From contig JBKEAR010000016.1 in NCBI GenBank assembly GCA_047972425.1, positions 5,500-69,499 of the forward strand: 64,000 bases of DNA, written 5' to 3'. Within the stretch, counting starts at the first letter, position 1, and every line of letters begins with the position of its first letter. A program made the translations under genes and the position numbers. The notes under the pieces were generated by a model. That model searched no databases. It was not told the DNA's origin and was given only the letters and a program-made list of their open reading frames with translations. Below are positions 31,502-38,896 of this stretch, in pieces. Source of the DNA: Alphaproteobacteria bacterium (GTDB taxonomy: Bacteria; Pseudomonadota; Alphaproteobacteria; JBKEAR01).

Positions 31502-31706
31502 ATAGTCTATACATAATAAAATGATTATATAGACATCAGTAATAATTTGATGTTAAGGGGTTTGCAACCCGTAAAGCCGAAGGCTTTCTAAAAAAAGATA
31601 ACTTGTCTCCGACAAGATATAATCCCCGCACACAGCTACGCTGTGGGCAACCTCAAAGCATTAGGTAATACTAAAATTTATTATCATTTTAAGTAGTATT
31701 ACCTAT
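31502..31706. mobile_element. 205-bp non-autonomous MITE-like element, copy 1
   Basis: 203/205 identical to 34547-34751 with unrelated flanks; imperfect terminal IRs; no coding capacity. Confidence 0.88.
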
Positions 31707-31881
31707 ATTATAAAAATTTTCAGACAATCTCGATTTTTATTTTAAAGTTTATATATTAAAATAATCGAATATTTATCTTTACACAAAACCACGCCAATGT
31801 TATGGTTTATATGAAGAAATATTTGTAATCAATAATGAAAAAAAAAATTGTAAGGATTGATTAATTAACACGGAGGCAAAT

Positions 31882-33453
31882 ATGCTTAACTCATTAGGGA
31901 AAAGAGTTATATTTTTGTTTTCTGCTGTCTCAATATTTTTATCGGCCGAGGCGGCTAATGTGGATAATATTATCCCTGCCCCCCATGACCATAGCGGTTA
32001 TGAAGAATTAAAAGGGCCGTTTACTACAGCTTTTGAGGTAACCGAGGCTTGTTTATCTTGCCACGAAAATACAGCAGATGAAATTCATGCAACCAGCCAT
32101 TGGCAATGGAAGAGCCTAGAGAATGAAAATTTGGGCAAATATTCACGTTCGCTCAATAATTTTTGTATTGCCACACCGGGCAGCGAGGCCTTTTGTACCT
32201 CTTGCCATATTGGTTATGGTTGGAAAGACCCCAATTTTGACTTTAGTAGCAATAACGCCATAGATTGTTTGGTTTGCCACGATACAACAGGCCTATATAC
32301 CAAACAAGATGCCGGCATGCCCAAATTGTTAGATAAACCCGATGGCAGCCCAACCTTTTTAGATGATATTGCCTTAAATGTTGGCACGCCGGGGCGTGAT
32401 AACTGTGGTGGCGCATGCCATTTTAAAGGCGGTGGCGGCGATGGCGTAAAACATGGCGATCTCGATAGCTCGCTCACCAATCCTCCGCGCGAATTAGATG
32501 TGCATATGGCGGCCGATGGTGCCAATTTTGCTTGCCAAGAATGCCATACCACCCGCGAGCATCAGGTAGCTGGGCGCTCTTATACCACCCCTGCTTTCGA
32601 TGAATTTAAAAGCTTGGTGGATGACCATAATATGAGCAAACTGCCTTGTACGTCTTGCCATAGCGATACCCCCCATAAAGACAAGCTTGCCGCAAAACTA
32701 AACGACCATACCGATACCGTTGCTTGCCAAACATGCCATATACCCGCATTGGCACGGGGCGGATTACCCACCAAAGTTTCATGGGATTGGTCTACAGCTG
32801 GCAAGCTTAAAGATGGCAAACCCTATGAAGATAAAAATGAAGAAGGAAAAACCATTTATGCCAGTAAAAAAGGCGATTTTATTTGGGAACATAATGTAGC
32901 ACCCGTTTATTTTTGGTATAATGGTGCCATGAGCTATATTACCATTGATGATAAAATTGATGATAGCCAACGTGTTACCATTAACCATCCCCTTGGCGAT
33001 GTAAACGACCCAAGGGCGCGGATTATGCCGTTTAAACGCCATATAGGCAAACAGCCTTACGATACGGTGAATATGACCATGTTACAGCCCGATGTTGCCG
33101 GAAACGGCACGGAAGAAGCCGATGCCGCCGCCTTTTGGAAGCATTTTAACTGGGCAAATTCTTTAGCTGTTGGTACAAAAATACGTGGGCAAGAATTTAG
33201 CGGGGAATTTGATTTTATTGACACCGAGTTCTTTTACCCCAGTACCCATATGGTTGCCCCCAAAGAAGATGCACTTAAATGTGCCGAGTGCCATAACGCC
33301 AATGGCCGCCTAAAAGATGTTGCGGGCGTATATATGCCCGCGCAAAAACATTTTGAGTGGATAGAAATTCTTGGTTGGCTCATGGTAGGCTTTACAACTT
33401 TAGTATCGATTATTCATTTGGTACTACGCATCATCAACAGAAGGAGAGGCTAA
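31882..33453 (+). CDS. octaheme c-type cytochrome, tetrathionate reductase (OTR) family
   Basis: 7 CxxCH plus one CxxxCH; NNFC, GGGGDGVKHGDLDSSL, DVHM motifs; signal peptide and C-terminal TM. Confidence 0.9.
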   Translation: MLNSLGKRVIFLFSAVSIFLSAEAANVDNIIPAPHDHSGYEELKGPFTTAFEVTEACLSCHENTADEIHATSHWQWKSLENENLGKYSRSLNNFCIATPGSEAFCTSCHIGYGWKDPNFDFSSNNAIDCLVCHDTTGLYTKQDAGMPKLLDKPDGSPTFLDDIALNVGTPGRDNCGGACHFKGGGGDGVKHGDLDSSLTNPPRELDVHMAADGANFACQECHTTREHQVAGRSYTTPAFDEFKSLVDDHNMSKLPCTSCHSDTPHKDKLAAKLNDHTDTVACQTCHIPALARGGLPTKVSWDWSTAGKLKDGKPYEDKNEEGKTIYASKKGDFIWEHNVAPVYFWYNGAMSYITIDDKIDDSQRVTINHPLGDVNDPRARIMPFKRHIGKQPYDTVNMTMLQPDVAGNGTEEADAAAFWKHFNWANSLAVGTKIRGQEFSGEFDFIDTEFFYPSTHMVAPKEDALKCAECHNANGRLKDVAGVYMPAQKHFEWIEILGWLMVGFTTLVSIIHLVLRIINRRRG

Positions 33454-33454
33454 A

Positions 33455-34042
33455 ATGACAGAACGGACTTATGTGTTTACACGTTTTGAGCGCCTATGGC
33501 ATTGGTCTCAGGCTGCGATTATATGTATGCTTTTACTTTCGGGCTTTGCTATCCATGGTAGTTTGGGCGGGTTCATTGATTTTTCTACCGCTCACCGCAT
33601 GCATATGGTATTTTTATGGTTATGGTTAGGCTCTTATGTATTTTTGCTGTTTTGGTTACTTGTTACGGGTGAGATTAAACAATATAAACCCACAACCGAA
33701 AATGTAACCAATTTGTTTAGCTATTATTCATCGGGGATATTTAAAAAAGAGCCCCACCCCCACCAAGTACGCCGGGATAAAAAACTGAATGCTTTACAAA
33801 TTATCTCTTACGATATGGTATTGTTTATTTTAGCCCCCATACAAATAATATCGGGCTTATGTTACCTTTATTATAATCAATTTGGCCTCAGCCACGCAAG
33901 TTTGGGTATCATTGCGGCTATCCATACTTTGGGTGCATTTTCCTTTTTGGCTTTTTTGGTTATCCATATTTATTTAGCCACTACAGGGCCTAAGCCTTCC
34001 AGCTATTTTAAAGCCATGTTTACCGGATATAACGAGCATTAA
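33455..34042 (+). CDS. cytochrome b/b6-domain membrane partner of OTR
   Basis: FERLWHWSQA, HRMH, NALQ, HTLGAFSFLAFLVIHIY heme-b histidines. Confidence 0.88.
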   Translation: MTERTYVFTRFERLWHWSQAAIICMLLLSGFAIHGSLGGFIDFSTAHRMHMVFLWLWLGSYVFLLFWLLVTGEIKQYKPTTENVTNLFSYYSSGIFKKEPHPHQVRRDKKLNALQIISYDMVLFILAPIQIISGLCYLYYNQFGLSHASLGIIAAIHTLGAFSFLAFLVIHIYLATTGPKPSSYFKAMFTGYNEH

Positions 34043-34111
34043 ATATTGTTGAAGATAAACGAATAATAAAATAATGTCCTTTGCGAAAGGGAATATGACG
34101 ATATATGATTT

Positions 34112-34126
34112 GTTCACTTTTTGTTC
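34112..34126 (+). promoter_or_regulatory. alphaproteobacterial LexA (SOS) box
   Basis: GTTC-ACTTTTT-GTTC (GTTC-N7-GTTC) abutting a -35 element. Confidence 0.7.
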
Positions 34127-34155
34127 TTTACAAAATATATTTTTTATGGTATGGT
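34127..34155 (+). promoter_or_regulatory. sigma70-type promoter upstream of DUF559 cassette
   Basis: TTTACA-N17-TATGGT. Confidence 0.6.
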
Positions 34156-34231
34156 TTTAACAGAATAAAAAAGTGTGATACGGATTTTTTGGGGATAAGA
34201 AAATAATAGAATAATATCCTCTTTTTAGAAG

Positions 34232-34310
34232 GTTTTGTCGGAGACAAATGAATAATAAAATCGTCCCCTCTTTAGAGGGGAGTCAGGCTTTAGCCTGACG
34301 GGGTGTGTTT
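34232..34310 (+). repeat. left 79-bp inverted repeat of DUF559 cassette
   Basis: 73/79 identical to reverse complement of 34918-34996; three internal hairpins. Confidence 0.92.
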
Positions 34311-34336
34311 AATCGTTTAATAAGGTATATTTTAAA

Positions 34337-34934
34337 ATGACAAATAGAACAATGCCCAAACAGGCTATTATCCGCTATCATCCTGATTTAAATTAAAAAG
34401 CCAGATACTTACGGTCGCATAGCACAAAAGCGGAAGTTATTTTATGGCAGCATCTAAAAAATAAAAAATTACTTGGTTATCAGCTTAAAAGACAAAAACC
34501 TTTATTATCTTATATTGTCGATTTCTATTGTGCCGAACTCAGGCTCATAGTCTATACATAATAAAATGATTATATAAACATCAGTAATAATTTGATGCTA
34601 AGGGGTTTGCAACCCGTAAAGCCGAAGGCTTTCTAAAAAAAGATAACTTGTCTCCGACAAGATATAATCCCCGCACACAGCTACGCTGTGGGCAACCTCA
34701 AAGCATTAGGTAATACTAAAATTTATTATCATTTTAAGTAGTATTACCTATATTATTGAGCTTGACGGTTATTCTCATGATAATGAAAAATCACAATCTT
34801 ATGATCATGACAGAACTAAAGAATTAGAAAATTATGGTTTACATATCGTGCGGTTTACCAATGAAGACATTTATCATAATATAGAGGCTGTACTTGCATC
34901 AATTGAGACATATAAAAAAACACACCCCATCTAG
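34337..34934 (+). pseudogene. DUF559 (Vsr-like) endonuclease, interrupted
   Basis: Removing the 205-bp insert gives ...ARYLRSHSTKAEVILWQHLKNKKLLGYQLKRQKPLLSYIVDFYCAELRL|IIELDGYSHDNEKSQSYDHDRTKELENYGLHIVRFTNEDI...; also in-frame TAA at 34394-34396. Confidence 0.9.
34547..34751. mobile_element. 205-bp MITE-like element, copy 2 (inside DUF559 gene)
   Basis: Direct repeat of 31502-31706; clean removal restores the reading frame. Confidence 0.9.
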
Positions 34935-34996
34935 CTAAAGCTAGACTCCCCTCTAAAGAGGGGACTATTTTATTATTCATTTGTCTCCGACAAAAC
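34918..34996 (-). repeat. right 79-bp inverted repeat of DUF559 cassette
   Basis: Reverse complement of 34232-34310; overlaps the DUF559 stop codon. Confidence 0.92.
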
Positions 34997-35029
34997 AGGA
35001 AAACATTGGTTTTTCTCTAAATTTCAGCT

Positions 35030-35464
35030 TCATTTATCTTTTCTGTTACGGGCGGCGGTTTCGCAATAATGTTTAAAAGTCGCCACCATGGGGATATCGG
35101 CGGGTGGCATGGGTAAATTATCCAACTCACTTGGTTCTATCCATTTAAAACGCTGCCCCTCATGGCCTTTCAGTTCACCCTGCCAATGATAAATTGCCCA
35201 AACCGGCATAAATAAATGAAACTTCTCGTAATCGTAAGAAACAAAAGTGATGGCATCAATATCATCTATCGCAATATCCACCCCCAATTCTTCTTTAAAT
35301 TCCCGAATAAGGGCATGCTCAGGGATTTCACCTTCTTCTATCTTACCACCGGGGAACTCCCAAAAGCCCGCCATGGACTTTCCTTTTGGGCGCTCTGCCA
35401 CTAAAATTTTGCCCACCTCATTCACCATAATCCCAGCAGCCACATAAACAACGGGTTTGCTCAT
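35030..35464 (-). CDS. mutT: 8-oxo-dGTP diphosphatase
   Basis: RPKGKSMAGFWEFPGGKIEEGE..ALIREFKEELG, MPPAD; downstream of argJ. Confidence 0.93.
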   Translation of the reverse strand: MSKPVVYVAAGIMVNEVGKILVAERPKGKSMAGFWEFPGGKIEEGEIPEHALIREFKEELGVDIAIDDIDAITFVSYDYEKFHLFMPVWAIYHWQGELKGHEGQRFKWIEPSELDNLPMPPADIPMVATFKHYCETAARNRKDK

Positions 35465-35470
35465 ATTTTA

Positions 35471-36712
35471 TTAGCTCCGATAATCGGCATTAATGCTGAT
35501 ATATTCGTGGGTTAAATCGCAAGTATAAACCGTTGCTTTACCTTGGCCGATGGCTAAATGCACATCAATTACAATATTTTGCCCTTTTAAATGAGCCGCA
35601 ACAGGGGCTTCATCGTAACCTGCAACCGCTAAGCCTTTTTGTGCCACTTCTATGCCGCCAAATTTTATGCTTAATAAATCTCTATCGGCAGGCTCGCCCG
35701 CTTTACCAACGGCCATCACCACACGCCCCCAATTGGCATCTTCGCCCGCAATTGCTGTTTTCACCAAAGGGGAATTGGCAATGGCAAGGGCTATCACTTT
35801 AGCCGAGCGCGCGCTTACGGCACCGGTTACATTTACCTCTATAAACTTAGTTGCGCCCTCGCCGTCTTTAACCACAAGCTGCGCCAGTTTTATAAGCACA
35901 TCCTCCACCGCTTTTTTAAAGACAGAATAGTCTGTATTTTCATCATCGGCTATAATAGGGTTATTTGCTTGTTGGGTAGCAAAGGCCATTAGGGTATCCG
36001 ATGTCGAAGTATCGCTATCCACCGTAATGGAATTAAAGCTAGTATCCACGGTTTCGGTTAAAATTTGCTGTAACATTTTGGCTTCTATTTTGGCATCGGT
36101 AAACAACCAAGCGAGCATGGTTGCCATATCGGGTGCTATCATGCCCGAGCCTTTGGCAAAAGCATTAATTGTTACTGTTTCCCCACTAAGCTCAATTTGA
36201 GTTGTTACACCCTTAGAGAATGTATCGGTGGTTTCGGTAGCATACACCGCCTTTTGCCAATCGCCATTTGCCGATAAATTATCAACCATGCCATTATAAT
36301 GTTTGGTAATGGCCTCTACATCTAAAAACTGACCAATCACACCGGTGGAAGCCACAAAAATTTGCTCCTTAAAGCAATCGACAATATCGGCCAAATAGCC
36401 GCATTGGGCTTCAACAGCCTCAATACCCTTATTGCCAGTAAAGGCATTGGCATTGCCAGAATTGACAATTAGCGCCACAGGCGATTGATTGTTGCGGTGC
36501 TGCCAGCGCAATTGACGCTTGCACCAATCCACAGGGGCAGAGCGTGTTTGCGATTTGGTATAAACACCGGCTGCAACCGTGCCTTGGCCAAGCTTTACCA
36601 AAAGTAAATCATCTTTTTTATAACGTGTACCACTATGGGCAACGGAAAACTCAATGCCTTTAATGGCCGGCATTTTGGGGAAGTCTTCTTTAAGGGGAGA
36701 AATTTTATTCAT
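35471..36712 (-). CDS. argJ: bifunctional ornithine acetyltransferase/N-acetylglutamate synthase
   Basis: NSGNANAFTG, AKGSGMIAPDMATML, DSDTSTSDT, DGEGATK, TCDLTHEYISINADYRS. Confidence 0.97.
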   Translation of the reverse strand: MNKISPLKEDFPKMPAIKGIEFSVAHSGTRYKKDDLLLVKLGQGTVAAGVYTKSQTRSAPVDWCKRQLRWQHRNNQSPVALIVNSGNANAFTGNKGIEAVEAQCGYLADIVDCFKEQIFVASTGVIGQFLDVEAITKHYNGMVDNLSANGDWQKAVYATETTDTFSKGVTTQIELSGETVTINAFAKGSGMIAPDMATMLAWLFTDAKIEAKMLQQILTETVDTSFNSITVDSDTSTSDTLMAFATQQANNPIIADDENTDYSVFKKAVEDVLIKLAQLVVKDGEGATKFIEVNVTGAVSARSAKVIALAIANSPLVKTAIAGEDANWGRVVMAVGKAGEPADRDLLSIKFGGIEVAQKGLAVAGYDEAPVAAHLKGQNIVIDVHLAIGQGKATVYTCDLTHEYISINADYRS

Positions 36713-36730
36713 GATAATATACCCTATTAT

Positions 36731-37486
36731 TTATGTTGATAATGATTGTAAAAAGCTAAAGCCCTGTTGGCAAGCCGAAAGATAAGATGAGCCAAATAAA
36801 TTATAATGGTTAAGATAATGGTAGAGATTATAAATCATCTTTTTTTGCGGATATTGGGGACTTAAGGGTAAATTTTGATTATAAGCCCGATAGAAATCCT
36901 CAGAAAATCCACCAAACATTTCCGTCATTGCTATATCGGCTTCTCGGTCGCCAAAATAAGCTGCAGGGTCAATCAGCCAAATATCTTGGGCATCAAATAA
37001 AACATTGCCCGCCCATAAATCCCCATGGATTAAGCTGGCATAGGCGGTAGAGCCATTTAAAAAATGAATAAGGGATTGCTGATATTCGCTTAAAATCTGG
37101 GCAAAATGCTCTTTCACTTGGTTATTTTTTATCAGCGATATTTGAAAACCAAGGCGATATTCCACAAAAAACTGCCCCCAATCTGAGCTTAAGATGTTGG
37201 GTTGCGGGTTAAGGCCAATATAATTGCCATGTTTAAAACCATAAGATGATTGTTTTTGATGATGGATGAATGCGAGCCCTTTGCCCAAATTTGCCATTTG
37301 CTGCTGGCTTGCGGGTTGGGTACGAATATGGGTGATTTCTAACTGGTTTTCATCCACTTGGTAAATATGGGGGGTTTTTATATAAGGGTTATCGGCTGCC
37401 AATTTACGCAAATATTCAAGCCCTTCAGCTTCCTTTAATAAAGCATCGGGGTATGGGCTATGATTATATTTAGTAAATTTTAACAT
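36731..37486 (-). CDS. fructosamine kinase family protein
   Basis: EAEGL, NYIG..PQ.N, LIHGDLWAGN, IDPAAYFGDREADIAMTEMFGGF; ATG 37486 after AAGGTG. Confidence 0.92.
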   Translation of the reverse strand: MLKFTKYNHSPYPDALLKEAEGLEYLRKLAADNPYIKTPHIYQVDENQLEITHIRTQPASQQQMANLGKGLAFIHHQKQSSYGFKHGNYIGLNPQPNILSSDWGQFFVEYRLGFQISLIKNNQVKEHFAQILSEYQQSLIHFLNGSTAYASLIHGDLWAGNVLFDAQDIWLIDPAAYFGDREADIAMTEMFGGFSEDFYRAYNQNLPLSPQYPQKKMIYNLYHYLNHYNLFGSSYLSACQQGFSFLQSLST

Positions 37487-37503
37487 CAGCTTCACCTTAA
37501 ACA

Positions 37504-37536
37504 ATAAAAGCCCCAACTATTATAGCTGAGGCTTCA
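37504..37536 (-). terminator. terminator after PPIase
   Basis: Minus strand AAGCCTCAGCTAT/ATAGTTGGGGCTT-TT. Confidence 0.6.
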
Positions 37537-37562
37537 TTTATTGCAAATAATCCAAATAAAGA

Positions 37563-38693
37563 TTATTGGGTTTTGGTAATTGCGGCATCACCGGCTTCTA
37601 TCGCATTGCTTAAGCTTTCAGCAACGGCTTCTTTTGCTTGATCCGCTGCTTCTTCGGCAACCTCTTCAACAGCTTCTACGGCCTCTACAGCCTCTGTTGC
37701 TTCTTCAACAGCTTCGGCGACTTCTTCGGCAACAACGGCTTCTTCTACCATTTGCTCGGCAATGGCTTCATCACTTGCTGCAGCTTCTTCCATAGCTGCA
37801 TCAGGGGCAACTTCACCTTCTACAGGTTCAACTTCATTGGGGGCTTCGGGCATAACCATTACCTCGCCATTAACATCATAGCGGGTAATATCGGCATTGC
37901 GTTGGAGCTCCTCAAAATATTGCTCTTCTAAATCCCGCTGCAACTCACCTTCTAATAAAGCTTTTACATCTTCAAATTGTGGAACTTCTGTTTTACGTAT
38001 ATCTTCTACAAAAATCACATGATAACCAAAGCTTGTTTGCACCGGTGTTTTACCATAAGTGCCTTTTTCAATTGCCCAAGCGGCATTGGCAAATTCGGGG
38101 ACAAATTCATTTTTCGAAGCCCAACCAAGCTCACCACCATTAGCACCCGATGGCCCAATAGAAGCTTCTATCGCAAGGGTATTAAAATCCTCACCGGCAT
38201 CTAAACGTTTAATAATTTCCTCGGCTTTTTCAGGGGTTTCCACTAAAATATGGCGTGTTTTACGTTCTTCTTCGGGGGTGAAATCTTTGATTTTATCTTC
38301 ATAATAAATTTTCAGATTTTCCTCGGTCATATTTTCTTGAATATAGGCTTTTAAAGCTAAATCTTGCAGAATATTAACCGATGTGAACGCAACATTTTTT
38401 TTATATTCATCACTTTCGTCTAGTTTTTTGTTAAGCCCATCTTGTTTAGCCAATTGTAAACGAATGGCTAAATCTTGCAATGTCGGGAATAAGCTATCAA
38501 AGTCATATTGGCTCCAAGGCTCTTGTAAATTTTGATGAATAATCTCAAGATCCGATTTATTTAACCCCACACCATTCACAACGGCCACAACAGGGTCATC
38601 GGTTGTTTCGGCGGCATTTGCCCCAACCATGGCTGTTGTCGCGATTAAGGTTGAAAAGAAAATATTACGAACAGCTTTTGCAGCATTTATCAT
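37563..38693 (-). CDS. PpiC-type peptidyl-prolyl isomerase with acidic tail
   Basis: TRHILV, GEDF..LA, GGELGW, PEFANAAW, PVQTSFGYHVI; divergent from secA. Confidence 0.92.
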   Translation of the reverse strand: MINAAKAVRNIFFSTLIATTAMVGANAAETTDDPVVAVVNGVGLNKSDLEIIHQNLQEPWSQYDFDSLFPTLQDLAIRLQLAKQDGLNKKLDESDEYKKNVAFTSVNILQDLALKAYIQENMTEENLKIYYEDKIKDFTPEEERKTRHILVETPEKAEEIIKRLDAGEDFNTLAIEASIGPSGANGGELGWASKNEFVPEFANAAWAIEKGTYGKTPVQTSFGYHVIFVEDIRKTEVPQFEDVKALLEGELQRDLEEQYFEELQRNADITRYDVNGEVMVMPEAPNEVEPVEGEVAPDAAMEEAAASDEAIAEQMVEEAVVAEEVAEAVEEATEAVEAVEAVEEVAEEAADQAKEAVAESLSNAIEAGDAAITKTQ

Positions 38694-38815
38694 TCATTTA
38701 TCCTTTATATAAATATTGATTTCATTTTATAATTATTGAATAATTTTGGCATATTGATGACTATAACTTTATTTATAAAAAATAACAGTATTTTTTTTAA
38801 ATTTCACGCTAATCA

Positions 38816-38844
38816 TTGACAATAGCCTGATTGCGGTCTAAATC
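38816..38844 (+). promoter_or_regulatory. putative secA promoter
   Basis: TTGACA-N17-TAAATC (alphaproteobacterial CTANAWC-like -10). Confidence 0.5.
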
Positions 38845-38896
38845 TGTATACATAATTTATAAAGAATTTGATTATTAATAATTTAAGTGAAAAAAC

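Noticed and set aside
31810-31870. FNR box upstream of otr
   Set aside because: Only half-sites (ATCAA at ~31829; TTGAT at ~31857); no TTGAT-N4-ATCAA.
34061-34100. Third copy of the DUF559 IR (GAATAATAAAAT..GTCCTTTGCGAAAGG)
   Set aside because: Too short and degenerate to separate from the cytochrome b terminator; at most a remnant.
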